A stretch of 53,957 bases of DNA, counting the filler, from Porpidia crustulata (taxonomy: Eukaryota): the NCBI GenBank assembly GCA_964255105.1. It is 3 parts of 3 records of this genome, joined end to end, with 100 filler letters (N's around TTAATTAATTAA, not from the genome) between each part and the next. Parts side by side here need not be neighbours in the genome. Positions count along the whole stretch, not along the records: positions 1 to 17,940 come from CAXUWE010000198.1; positions 18,041 to 35,954 come from CAXUWE010000199.1; 1 more part is not named here. One strand, 5' to 3'. Both the position numbers and the translations under genes were made by a program. Under the pieces are notes generated by a model. That model was not told the DNA's origin and made no database searches. It saw nothing but the letters and a program-made list of their open reading frames with translations. This document shows positions 16,406-28,806 of the stretch, in pieces; positions within the stretch are counted from its first letter, which is position 1, and each line of letters starts with the position of its first letter.

Positions 16406-17638
16406 TTGAAAGAGTGGCGATAATCGGCATCAGTAATTTACGATTTTGGTGCAAATGTCTAGTCAAACTGCACAATTGTGAAGAATAGGTATGATATTGT
16501 TCTTTATACGAAGCCTGGTGTATGACAAGCTATAAACGGACATGAACGCAATGGCCATTCCAACATCGTACCCTGCTTTCAGCAACGCCCACTTGTGAGG
16601 ATGCGACATGCGCTTTGGAGGATCGATCAAGTTCTCGAGCCGCAAATATGAAACAGGCAGGCGAACGAATCTCTTTATCGATTGTCTAAACACGGAATGT
16701 CTTTTTACTTGAGACAAACGGTTTTTACACAATTTTCAGTTCTTCTTGACTGAGTATACGTTGAAAGTTTGAACTATGACGTCACTAGAAACTTGAAGCA
16801 TTTTATTAGGAAACTGTTTAGCTGGATGGGTTATATTTCCTTATGTTCTTATGAGCCTCTTATTATGATTGTAGTGTGCATCGGAAAGATCACAAACAAT
16901 TTCACAAACTAAGGCAAACCAAGGGTTTTTGGCCATTGCCCTTATTCACCGTATATGATTTCAACATTGTCCGATTCCTTTTGTAAACCTACCAGACAGT
17001 GAGATTACGGCAAGCTCGAGAGTAACACAACACGAACAGGGAGTGCGACAGTGGAGGATCCGAATATGACTCGAATCTGGCCGACTGCCTTGCCACTACC
17101 ACAGGTCGAGTAATTGGCCGGGAAAAGAATCTTCTCCAAAATTCTTATCTAGGAACTAACCGGAGAGATAGAACGCGAAATTTCAAGCGCTGGTCGAACG
17201 TATAGAAGCCTTCGGTTCCGATATCATTCAGGCATTCAAAATCAAGCGTATCCTGCCTTCACCCACGCGCAACAAAGTGAAAGCAACAAAGAACTTATGG
17301 CTCAAGTCGGAATGTTGAAATATCTGCCATTCTCATAGGTTCATGTCTGCTTCTCTCAATATTAGCGCTTTCCAAAACCGCCAATCGCAAGAGCGCTTCG
17401 CGCCTCACTGCTTCGAAGCCGAATGAGCACACTGTTCGGAAAAGCGCGTCACTCACTAGCTTCTCGACCGTGGACATTGGGTTTTCCCCTTGCTAACGAC
17501 CTTATCTTAATCAACATGAGGCCTTATTCGGCTGTTCCCGAGCCCAAGCATGCATCGCTATTAAGTGAAGGGCGATCGCTCAGTTTCCTCTGAACCCACC
17601 GCTTTGCACCTTTGGGCGTCTCCTAGTCAGCAGCAGCG

Positions 17639-17940
17639 ATGCTTGCCTTTATCCATGCGTTAAGGTGCTGCTTTCTGCTACTCTTGCCACTGACAGCTAT
17701 CGCCCATCCGACAGACCCAGGCGGCCTGCGCAATGGGGTCGATACGAGAACATCTCACGATGCGGTCAAGGGTTTCGGTGGCTTTGAGCAAGTGTTCGGG
17801 GAGGCAGATCGAGTGCTTGTGAGGGGAGCAGATCGTGCACCCGAGACATCGCCGGCGCTCAAACGAGTGTCGAATCTACGCGTTGCACAATCAACATCCA
17901 ACATCAAACGCCGCGATCTCACTACCACTAACGCCACCAC
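17639..17940 (+). CDS. Putative secreted protein, 5' part only (runs into assembly gap)
   Basis: Signal-peptide-like MLAFIHALRCCFLLLLPLTAIA-HP and dibasic KR/RR sites; the frame is open until the N-run. Confidence 0.5.
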
Positions 17941-18040
17941 NNNNNNNNNNNNNNNNNNNNNNNNNNNNNNNNNNNNNNNNNNNNTTAATTAATTAANNNN
18001 NNNNNNNNNNNNNNNNNNNNNNNNNNNNNNNNNNNNNNNN
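17941..18040. other. Artificial scaffold spacer (N44-TTAATTAATTAA-N44)
   Basis: Exactly 100 bp with a six-frame stop linker at 17985-17996. Confidence 0.97.
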
Positions 18041-18059
18041 CCCCTAACTCGCATCAAAA

Positions 18060-21000
18060 CTAACCCATCAATCTAAGCACGCCCACACAAACAAAAATAC
18101 AAATCTTCCATCGCTTGCTCTTGCTTTTGCTTGTGAGATTGGATGCTTGGCCTTGGGATGGTTTGGCTATTGCAATTCCAGTATCTTTGGTCGGAGGGGG
18201 TGAGATTGTTGTACTGATGCTGCTGCTGTTGCTCCCACTTCCCACCCCACTCACACTCCCAACACTCGTCACCGCAGCACCAAACCCACTCATTATCGCG
18301 CCTCCAACGACCGCACTCGTCTGCGCCCCAGGCATGGTCACAATCGCGGTGCCGACCATAAGTTTCCCGTCGGGACCAAGAGATATTGTGGTACCTGAGA
18401 TTGTGGCGGCGGGGCCGTTGGCAAAGAGAGTGGTGCCGGCGACGGCGACGAGGCCGGAGGGGAGGAGGGTGAGGGTTTGGCCGGCTGTGGTGATGGTTTG
18501 GATGGCTGATGTGAGGGAAGGGAGGGGAATGGTGCTGGTGCCGATGAGGATGCCGGCGCTGTTAGGGAGGATGGATATGGGGGTTCCTGATATCATTGCT
18601 GCAGGCCCATTGGCGGATATCGTTGTGCCGCCAATGGCAAATCCCCCTGGTAAGGCCGTTAGGGTCTGACCAGCTGCTGTAAAAACCTTGGAGCCATCAG
18701 CGGGTAGGGCAACGGTGCTGCTTCCGACGACGATTCCTCCGTTATTGGGAAGCACGGATATTGGTGTGCCAGATATCGTTGCTGCAGGCCCGTTGGCGAA
18801 TATGGTTGTACCAGGGACGGCAAATCCAGACGGAACAGCTTTAAATATTTGGCCAGCAATGGTGAAAGAATTTTGAGAGGTCGGGAGGGCAATAGTAGTA
18901 CTACCAACAGCGACTCCTCCACCATTGGGAAGGATGGATACCGGAGTACCCACGATAGTAATACCTTGACCGCCTGGGCTGATCGTGGTTCTGCCGACAG
19001 CAAATCCAGACGCCACGGCTGCGAAAGTTTGCCCAGCCACAATAAATCCTTGAGGGGCGGCGGTGGGTATGGGAATGGTACTACCTCCAACAGCGACGCC
19101 TTGCTTATTTGGAAGAATTGATATCGGGGTGCCTGATATGGTGATACCTTGACCGCCAGCACTGATCGTGGTACCCGCAACCGCATATCCGCCTGCCGAG
19201 TTTGCGGCAAAAGTTTGACCGGCGACAGTAAATCCCTTGGAATTGTCAGCGGGCAGAGCGACGGTGCTACCACTAATAGCTATACCCATATTGTTGGGGA
19301 GGAGAGATATGGGTGTTCCTGAAATGGTGAGGGCTGGGCCGCCCGGATTGAGAGTGTTACCTCCAGCGACGAACCCACCCGTTGGGTTTGCGGAGAAAAT
19401 TTGACCTGCTGCTGTAAATACCGGCAAACTGGCGACAGGTAGAGAAATAGTGCTTCCACCAACTGCAATCCCTCCACTGCCTGGGAGGATAGATACTGGG
19501 GTACCCGAAATAGTCACAGCTTGACCACCAGCGCTGATAATGGTTCCTCCAGCGGCAAATCCACCAGCAGGATTTGTAGTAAAAGTTTGACCACCCGCAG
19601 TAAACCCAGGTGCGAGTACAGCACCAGGGACCGCAGCTACATTTTGATTGGAGTTCTGAGCCGCACCAGGGCCAAAAGATGGTGGAATGATGATAGTGCT
19701 ATCACCAATAGCAACTCCTCCACCACTGGGAAGTATGGATATTGATGTTCCAGAGACGACGATACCCGGACCACCGGCGCTTATTGTGGTACTAGCTATG
19801 GCAAATCCGGCAGGGTTTGCAGTGAAAGTCTGGCCAGCCGCGACAAAAGCAGGATTATTAAGCTCATTATTACCAGGGGAGCCACCCGTGTTTTGGTTGG
19901 GATTTTGCACTACGCCAGGGACAAAAGGAGTTGGCATAGCGACGGTGCTACCACCAACAGCAATTCCTCCGCCGCTGGGAAGAATGGATATTGGTGTTCC
20001 CGAGACCACAACACCTTGACCACCAGCGCTTATGATGGTGCTGGCGATAGCCAATCCAGCCGGATCTGCAGTGAAGGTTTGACCGGCTGCCGTAAAAGCA
20101 GAATTGACTGGATTGATAACACCAGGGGCACCACCTGTGTTTTGGTTAGGATCTGTGGGACGCTGTAGTTGTGCGGCAGGATTTTGAGTGGCTTGATCTT
20201 GAGCAGGAAAGGTCTGTTGGGCCGCGTTATTAACGGTAGGATCTGCCTTTGGAACAGGGGTTTGTGCAGCTGGGTCTCGAATAGCAGAAATCTGTTGAGC
20301 TATCTGTTGACCTACATTGGTAGCAGCAGGATCTATTTTCGGGGCAGGATTCGGAGTGGCTGGATCTTGATTTACAGGATTCTGTTGAGCTGCGTTATTA
20401 GCAGCGGGATCTGCCTTTGGGGCAGGGGTCTGAGCGGCAGGGTCTTGAACAGCATTACTCGGGGCAGCTGTAGCTTTTGCAGGGTCCACGGACGACGCCG
20501 GTGCAGGGTTTGGACTTGGCGGTACTGGAAGGCGCGGATCCTGGGATGCAGTCTCAGGCGCTTGACCAGCGGATGGGGCATTCTGGGAAGATACAACTAC
20601 ACCAGAAAAGGAAGTGGCGGCAGGGTCTGAAGGGGACATGCGCGATCCAGGACTAGCTGCCGTAACAGGCACGGCCGATGGCTGTGCCGCGCTGGTAAGA
20701 GCGTCGACCTTTTGCAAGGCACGAGATGGATCGAACACCATAGGCCCGGCATTGAGGCAAGTTTGCCACTCCGGGGCCAGTCTATGCAGCGACGCATCCA
20801 TGACAAGTAGTGGATTGTGCTTGACATAATTCAGCTGACTGACTGTATCGTTGACGTTGCAGGATTGAGCTTGAGATGTCACATTGTAGTAAAGGTCGTT
20901 GTAGTTGACACGTTGAATCAAATAATGACATTTGGCGGCCTCGCCAGGAAAGGCGGTAGACTTCCATCCAAAGGAAGATATGACAGTAGGGTCGTAGGCA

Positions 21001-21770
21001 AGTGTGGTTTCCTTGATGAGCCTATCATATGTTTGTTGTAAGTATCCAGGAAAGCATGCCTGAGTGGCTTGCACGTTGGTAAAGACTACATATATGGAAG
21101 GTGACGTATATGTGCTTTTATAAATGTCAGTGTCAGCTGCAACGATGTCGGGAAGATAACATACACTAATGAGCCACTCAATTCTTGAATAAATGTAGTA
21201 GTGCTGGCGGGTAAAGTCGCATTGCCAGTACTCAGATCATCAGGAGGCCAATACATGATCCTTGCTTGTTTCGCCATCACATTACATTTGCTACAACACT
21301 CGGCAGGAGGAGTGTATGGAACGTTGATCTCAGAGGTCACGGATGTCTCTGTGGTGCTGGATGTTGCCGCCATACCCAAGACGAATATGGAACTTAGGAC
21401 CGTGGATACGCCAGTGACGTGTTTTGAGTAGAAAGCTGATGCAACACTGACGCAGGAACTGGAAGCAATTTGCCAACCGCTTGTGAAGTCAAATAGACCT
21501 GGTGGGAAACTTGAAGTGCCATTAGAGGAGCCGTTGAACGAGCCTTTCAAGGATCCAATTGAGGTGCCATTGGAGAAATTGTTCGAGGAACTATTAGAGG
21601 AAGCACTCAAGGAGACAATTGAGGGGCCCATGGAGGATGCAGTCAAGGGGCCCGTCGAGGAAAGACTCAATGAACCAATTGAGGTTAGAATAGAAGGGCC
21701 CATAGAGGAACCAGCGGTACCAATTGAGGTGCCAAGAAGTGTGCCAACAGAGAAATTTCCATAACGGGCA
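18060..21770 (-). CDS. Large repeat-rich cell-surface/cell-wall protein (adhesin-like, possible GPI anchor); 5' end unresolved
   Basis: ORFs 21086-21703 and 18060-21074 are joined by an intron (~21165-21115) giving 'TYTSPSIYVVFTNVQATQAC'. Cys-containing N-domain, P/Q/A spacer, nine G/T/I/A-rich repeats, Ser/Thr stretch and hydrophobic C-terminus 'WKICIFVCVGVLRLMG'. Confidence 0.75.
18340..20100 (-). repeat. Nine imperfect coding repeats, consensus approx. FTAAGQTFTANPAGFAIAGTTISAGGPAVTISGTPISILP.GGGIAVGSSTIALP
   Basis: Nine (A/G)GQ(T/I)(F/L)...GT(P)ISILP units counted in the 1004-aa translation. Confidence 0.85.
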
Positions 21771-24554
21771 GCTATGTTACTTGGTCAGACGGTAATCTCT
21801 GAGAATAATCTGATCTTAACGTTTAGAAACATGTAGCCGACAACTCCAATCCTGATTATTCAAGGATCTAAAGGAGATGATATCTTTCCAAACGAGGTCG
21901 TAGAACTCACACAGCATCGCATCTGCTTCACCCATACAAAAGGCCACCGCAAGAACTCTATGATAGATCTTCATTGTCGCGCAGTATCATTCCTTCTCTC
22001 GATATCAACGCGCTTGAAGCTAGGTGAAAATTGTATGATCCCTGTTGCCGCGCATATATGCGGTGGTTTATCCAGTGCACCGACAAGACCTTTGCTGAAT
22101 CGAAAGAAAAGAGACACCTAACGCAGTCACCAAGGAATGTTGATACAGCATAAATGAGTCTCAAGGAACGAATATTAGCCCCCCGGGGATTCGACAAAGA
22201 TTTGCCGGTTCACGAAATAAGTATGCGCAAGTCGCGCCACCTTGGTGCATCGTCTTCAGGCGTGCTGACGGACCCCTGCCGAAAGCTGAAAAACACAACG
22301 CTAGCCAGAAACCAATCAATTTCCCAGTACGGGATGAGAAGATTCTTGACGAGAAGATTGACCTGCGGGGCATCTTGGCATACGCGTGGCCAAGTGGTTT
22401 TGTGTTCGCTGGCCTGATTGACTCCAGTATATATGAAATTTCATCGGTTGATCAACTGCACCTCGAGTACTCTGTAGAGTCGTCGTAGTCATCTTACTTC
22501 CCCATAAGCCCGTGGAGCAACCCGTACTCTCACCGTGTCAGCGACTCGATGATTAAGCGCGCTCAAAGCGATCAAAACGACTCCAATCCATCCCACAATC
22601 TTCGCTCAAGACACGATGTCCAAAGACGGATAACAGGCACTTGCCATCGATAGAATCCCCTAAAGCCTAGCTCCGCAGTCGTTGACGCCAGCGGGCTGCC
22701 ATCAGAGATTAGGACATGGCCACTAGCCAAACATCAGGCGAGTGGCTGGGCGTGCCCAGCCAGACCATGGTGATCCTATCTCTTTGAGCTCTGTCGAAAG
22801 GGCCACGATGTACGGGCCGCACCGCACAAGAGAGCCCAGTCCTCGCGCCAAGTCATGGTCGGTTTCAATCCTCAGCCCGTTCATAACGGATTACACCCGG
22901 GGGCTGAGCTTCTTGGCACTTAGGAAACTCCCGGGCGCCAAATCAAAACACTGAAGATCGGTTGGTGAACAAAGCGCCGCGAGTGAAGACCTGCACAACA
23001 TCGTCTTGTACTATCGTTTCATGTAACGAACGGATCACGTTGAGTTTTGGGAATAGCGTCGTGGCGAGAAACCTTTTTGATGGGTTGATGACCGGAATCC
23101 GGAATGGCATCAAAACGATGTGTTTTAGTCTTGTTGATAAATTATCTGAATGGAAAATGGACATTAGTCAGCTATCTCTGCGTGATCGTAGTTAGCTGTA
23201 GGGTTTAGCGTGACCGTTGGTTAATAAAAGCGTCACGACTGCTTACGAGTGACGTCGTTCGCATCAATATCTTTTTTCCTCGTCGCTGTTTATAAATTCA
23301 ATCCAGCTGTTGTCTCCCTTTCACAAAAACGTTATTATCTGTGAGAACCTGAGCGAATAGTTCGGATGAGATAATTCATCGAAGATAAAATACGATGGTG
23401 AAAGAAATGCAAGTGCAAAAACACAGGCTGAACAGGGATTTGAACCACAAGAATTCTACCACTGAACTATCCTACCGATATGTTCCAATGTCGGTAAGCT
23501 AGTATATATAGATAGTACAAGTCGACATCCTATGCTTCTGCGATCCTCTCAAATTACCTCTAATCGTGCAAATCAAAACCCTAAATGTTGACAAGTTGGC
23601 CACGGAAACTCGTAGCCATCTCTTCACAGAGCAAAAGCACTCGGCGCAGGTAACTACGATTGATACATATCTAGGTCAAGCTGCAATATACAAGCATCCA
23701 ACGCCATATCCACGTCGCCAAAGCTTCTTTGCCAAACCTCTACTTATCTACTCCATCAACACTCCAACACGCCTGCTACCTAGAAATGGTCGCTCTCGTC
23801 ATTCTCTTCTTTACATTCAAACTAATCAGCAAAGACTGAAGAGCATTCATGGAAGAAAATATCGCACTCATAGTTCCCTACGACGAGCATACCACCGCCA
23901 TGGATGAATTATCGAAGTGCTCCTGCTCTCCACCAGCAGCGGAATCCATGATGCAATGGAGACATACTATACATGGAGCCTCTTCGTCGAAATCGACCGT
24001 AGTGGCACTCGAAAGATATTCCGAAACCTTTTGAGGGTTTGGCATTCACCAATTACCGAACAGTCGAAAAGCCTACAATATATCAATATGAATAAGCGAC
24101 GTGGGCCACAATGGTCTACTATTGATTGGAGCTGCCAGCTTTCCCCAAATTCGCGTGGATCGTTCCATCATAGGCTACTTACTCAGAAGAGCATCAAGCA
24201 TGGGATGAAAACTTCAACCATCGCGATAATTAGTTTAGGTGGGTTTTCTCAGAGGTGTGAATCAGACGAGGAATCTGTGTCTCTAGTGTGAAGCTGTCTA
24301 TACTCATTGGCTGCATGCTCTACCTACGTCTTTGTGCCTGGCCTACGAAAATCTCAAAACACCGAGGTGCTCACAGGTAAACCCCTTCCTAAGGAGACAG
24401 TATTGACAGGAGTAAGATTTGAATGTCATGTAAGTTATACGGTACGTTGAATTCGAAATCTGCATGTCGAATTCAAGATTCGGTTGACGCTATACAACAT
24501 CTTCGGTTTACAGTCCGAGTGATCAAAGAGTGGGTTCAAAGATCCTCAGAATTC

Positions 24555-27251
24555 TCATGTCGTGTCATTCTTAATGTCTAAATCGTCTTCACAGGTTCGT
24601 CCAAGAGTCACACCCTTATCAGGCATTTCGGAAGTAGGCGTCTGCCAAAGGGGACCGCGAACATCTGCAGAAGAGCTTCGAAAGTTTCTGGTCGACCTCG
24701 AAGCAGGAACAACGAGGTTCCTAGAGTGAGAACGAGGCCTACGGTTTTCAGAAGAACGGGTCCTAGAACGCAACTTTGGCGGTGATAGCTTCTGGGGAAC
24801 GTCAACACTTTCCTTATTGAGTGGGTTGTCGATCAGACGCCGCAGGTTACACTGTTCCTCGTCTCGAAGTCGCCATGCTGACACTCCATTCCCTTCCACA
24901 CTACCTTGTACTTCCTCGTAAGGATTGTTCCTGATCCACGACGACCATTTTTGTACAACTTTTTTTGCATCTGGAATGTTTATTTCGAACCATTCTGTAT
25001 GAGATCTGAAACATCCTTGACATCGTGGTTCTTCTCTTCGACGGCTTCGGAGTTCTGTTTGAATCAATTTCTCAACGCGAAACACGTGAGGCATCGGGCC
25101 GCATTCATCTGAAAATTCGGGATAGAGAAGGTAAACACTGTGTTTGCACTGTCTTTCCCAACCTCGTAGACGATGGGTTATGTTTTTCGTTGTGGCTCCA
25201 ATTTTAAGCAACCCAAAATTGCCGGGGAACCAATACACATAGATCCACCCTTCATGTCCCAGCATTGATTCCGACTTTAGCAAGGGCCTTTTGATTGCGC
25301 CCTCGACAGCTTTCTCTACGCCAACATTGCTCCTTGTCTTAGGACGATAAGGGAGAAAGTTTCGAATAACAGTGTTTTCGTGGCAGGAATCCCAAGCGTA
25401 CTTCATACCCGAACGAAGTGTAATTTCGTTTCGGAATATTGGAACCTTCTTGCCTCCCAATGAATCATGTTGAGGGACACCCGGCCTAATAATGGCTTGT
25501 CCTTTGGATTTATTCCTCATATCTGGAAACTGGTGCCCTTGCAATTTTCCAGGGCTGTGTCCGAGCTTTTCCCACCAGTCTTCAAGCACGATATCCACCT
25601 TGCGTAGATGGTTTCTTTTGCATGTCACAAGGCAAGCAAGTCTCTTAAGTTCGTCAAGGAATCCAGTCATCTCGTTGTCGGCATTCAGCTTCCTGAGTCG
25701 ATCCAACGTATCGCAAGCTTCCGGCCAATTATCCCCCTTTACTAGATTTGTGCATCTCTTAAATTTCGTTGTCAAGCCTGAACACACTGACTGATGAAGG
25801 TCGAGAACCTCTTCAAGAGCTCTACCAGTCGCGTTTAGCTCGTATTCAGATTTAATCAATGTTCTAGAAGGAGCAACAATGATTTCTTCCACTCTATGTT
25901 CATCAGATTCCACGCGTGAAGCCTGCATGGTACATCGCCCGTTCTTCTGGGAATCAGGCGCCGAGTCAATGAGGCTGTCAATCTTGACAGAGCGTCCAGT
26001 CTCAGTTACCCTGACGCCAGCGTCGCTCGAATGTCGTGTACTTGGCGACTCAACAACATCAGTAGGATTCGAACAACTCGAAGCGCGAGCACGATAGGAT
26101 TGTAGGCTGTGGCTGGTTTGATGATGCTCTGATGATGCGACAGCCCTGAGAAGATCTTGCTTTGTCGAGATAATAGGTTTTCCAGTAGATTCTTTTCGTC
26201 GTTGCTCATCATTCAAGATTCCATCAAATGACAATTTCCGACGTGGTATCCTGCGATCGCCCAATGATTTATTAATTAGGTCGCTAGCATCAGTGAGTTT
26301 GCTGTTTTCTTCATCCTTGAAATCGGGATATTCAGAACGTGTCTTGTTGTCAGCTGTGTTCTCGAAATACGAAAGGTCTAATCTCTTAGGTTTTGTCTGA
26401 TGTCCGTCTTTGCCGAAACTGTCATGCGAGGGAAGAGGTCGTCCTGGTTCTGTAAGTTTATATCGGCGCAAGGTAGGAGACTCGATGTCGGCTGATTTTC
26501 TATATAAAGGAGATTCAGAAGGTGAGGTATGAGGCGTGTGCAGTGCCTCCGTTCCTAGTTTACGAGAAGATGGTGTGCTCCAAGAGCTATATACTTCGTC
26601 GCTCACTGCTGAAGTAGATGATGCTGGGGTCTCTGGGGATGAATTGAGGTTTTCTAACCACACTCTTCCTATGTCTCCTGCTTGCCATTTATGCCAACGA
26701 GTGCACAATAGCTTTTCTGCAACGTTCACTAGATCATTAAGTGGTACCTGCTGACCTCGAAGGGATGTCAAGGCGCCAACGGCCAAGTCGCTGTGGTCAT
26801 TGGAGTTGCTGCAACGCGCGGATGTTATTTTGTTACTTCCAATGCATCTCCAGTGTGGTTCCAATTCTGCATGATCTGGCGCTGGAAACTCTCGACTCTT
26901 GTGATTCCACACCGGGAACTCTAGATGAGAGCCGGCGCGGCCCTCTTTAACGTCTTGTAAAGAGCCATCCAGTATGCAATCGCTTTTGGAGCGGATGTGG
27001 TTCGTACGAATGGTAGAGGCTTCCGGAAAAAAGCTACCTTGAATCTCATGCTTCGTCCAGAGCGGAAAAATATCAGGAGCGTCTTTCGCCGTTCGTGGCT
27101 TACAGCTTGATGAACGATGACGGTCTCCAATATTTTTGGAAGAGAGATTGAGAGTGTGTGGCTCAGTGTCGTGAATTTGTATGAGTGGGGTGGTGCTTGC
27201 GCTTTCGGAATCCTTCTTGGCACCATGAAAAACGGAATTATCCTTAGTCAT
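24555..27251 (-). CDS. T5orf172/Mug113-type (GIY-YIG-like) domain protein with long low-complexity N-terminus, apparently intronless
   Basis: 'GWIYVYWFPGNFGLLKIGATTKNITHRLRGWERQC...VEKLIQTEL...CQGCFRSHTEWFE', preceded by a Cys/His motif 'CSGLTTKFKRC...CKRNH'. First in-frame ATG (MTKDNS) is at ~27251. Confidence 0.8.
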   Translation of the reverse strand: MTKDNSVFHGAKKDSESASTTPLIQIHDTEPHTLNLSSKNIGDRHRSSSCKPRTAKDAPDIFPLWTKHEIQGSFFPEASTIRTNHIRSKSDCILDGSLQDVKEGRAGSHLEFPVWNHKSREFPAPDHAELEPHWRCIGSNKITSARCSNSNDHSDLAVGALTSLRGQQVPLNDLVNVAEKLLCTRWHKWQAGDIGRVWLENLNSSPETPASSTSAVSDEVYSSWSTPSSRKLGTEALHTPHTSPSESPLYRKSADIESPTLRRYKLTEPGRPLPSHDSFGKDGHQTKPKRLDLSYFENTADNKTRSEYPDFKDEENSKLTDASDLINKSLGDRRIPRRKLSFDGILNDEQRRKESTGKPIISTKQDLLRAVASSEHHQTSHSLQSYRARASSCSNPTDVVESPSTRHSSDAGVRVTETGRSVKIDSLIDSAPDSQKNGRCTMQASRVESDEHRVEEIIVAPSRTLIKSEYELNATGRALEEVLDLHQSVCSGLTTKFKRCTNLVKGDNWPEACDTLDRLRKLNADNEMTGFLDELKRLACLVTCKRNHLRKVDIVLEDWWEKLGHSPGKLQGHQFPDMRNKSKGQAIIRPGVPQHDSLGGKKVPIFRNEITLRSGMKYAWDSCHENTVIRNFLPYRPKTRSNVGVEKAVEGAIKRPLLKSESMLGHEGWIYVYWFPGNFGLLKIGATTKNITHRLRGWERQCKHSVYLLYPEFSDECGPMPHVFRVEKLIQTELRSRRREEPRCQGCFRSHTEWFEINIPDAKKVVQKWSSWIRNNPYEEVQGSVEGNGVSAWRLRDEEQCNLRRLIDNPLNKESVDVPQKLSPPKLRSRTRSSENRRPRSHSRNLVVPASRSTRNFRSSSADVRGPLWQTPTSEMPDKGVTLGRTCEDDLDIKNDTT

Positions 27252-28806
27252 GATGGGAGAAACAGCGTTCAGCAATCTTGATAATAGCAAAACTAAGAAT
27301 CACTCAAAACGGCCTCGGATCATAATGGCGGACCTTAAGAAACAAGAAAGATCATCTGTAGGAAAGACGGGACAGGAATGAAATTTGAGGGGCACCATTT
27401 TGCAGCCAGACAGACATATTGCTTTTGATTAGTGGCGGCGGCACGACCCAAACGCCCGTGTAAAAGAAGGTCGCGGAGTAAAAAATTAGGCAGCAGCCGT
27501 CATAACATGATTGGGTTAGGGTCTGGGGGCCAAGGCATGGTTTGAAAGCAGTTGTGTGGCACAGACTGCTGTTCCGCAGTCCTAGCTACTTGAAATCGCT
27601 GGCCATTTACATACACTAAGGCCTCGAGCAATATGACTTGGGCTCTAGTACGAAGATTTGTCCGTGAAAGCTCGACCTCAAAAATCCTAGCATGATCGAG
27701 ATTTTCAGCAATATTCTCGTCGATCTGATGCGAGCTACTCCGAACTCGAACAGTTGATTATCTATGTACCATCCCATGTCTTGCTGGCGCTTAGTAGCGC
27801 CAGTCACACAAGGGAGCACAACCCATACACTGAAGGAAGAGGTTCTTTCAAGTAAATCACGGGACTGTCCATCGAGCTTCAAATAGTGCTCCGTAGAAGA
27901 ACTCCGCCAAAGTAATTAACTCTAACCTGAACAGTTTTGAAAAGATGAATCTCAGAATGGTGTTCACAACGATCCTGGATTTACCATGTCGACGTTGAAT
28001 GATCCTGTCCAATAGACGTAAAGTGCACAGAATGACAAGATGCAGGAAGCCTCGCCAAATCAGCAAGACACAAGCTCAAAGATACCGCGCGACTCGTAGA
28101 AATAGTTGAGAGAATTCTACGAAAAGGTTATGGTTTTCCCACGTCATATTCTAATGGTCTTAATTCCATAATCATTGAATGTATGAAACCAGATTCAAAT
28201 AAAAACCGATGTAGGAGATGTAGATATAAAGGTTTCAAGACAAAGTAAACAGTAAGATTGAGCATCAGCCATTGATATTTTATTAAAAGTCAGCGTTATT
28301 TATCGATGCTGAATCCGTTTTCGTACGCCAGTTCATCGTTCTTAAAAAGGAGAGGAGTTGATTTCTAGAGCACATGCACCGATGCTTTTATGAATTTTAA
28401 GACGAGGTCTTCGCTCGGAGAATTTTCAAGCAGCGCTTAATTCTAAGTCCATATGTATCAGCAATTGATCAGATATTTATGAATAAATGACGAGTAGTTG
28501 ATTGAAAATAACATGAGTTCTTTTATTAAACTTTACGTAGTTCCATAATTCTAAACCCAGGGCTTAGCGTGGCCGATTGAAGGGTGAGTAGGTACGAGGA
28601 TTTGTCCCGTTGATGAGTGAAAACTACCTAGTAGCAATACCTAACGTGCTGACCTCCTTGCGGATTTAAAAGAGAACCTTCCTTCTTTCCCTTACCCACT
28701 CTTTGATATTCAGTGGCTGCGGACTATAATTTCATAGACTTTGTGTAGTGAAAGCGCTTTCGATTGACTCTGACTTGTTTCATCAACTCATTTGACATTC
28801 TAAATC

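Noticed and set aside
17985..17996. TTAATTAATTAA palindrome (also 35999-36010) as a transposon target site or biological motif
   Set aside because: It sits centrally in N44 runs both times, as expected of a six-frame stop linker added during scaffolding.
18115..21764. Plus-strand ORFs overlapping the surface-protein gene (e.g. 18115-18669, 21483-21764)
   Set aside because: Antisense shadows of low-complexity repeats with few stops.
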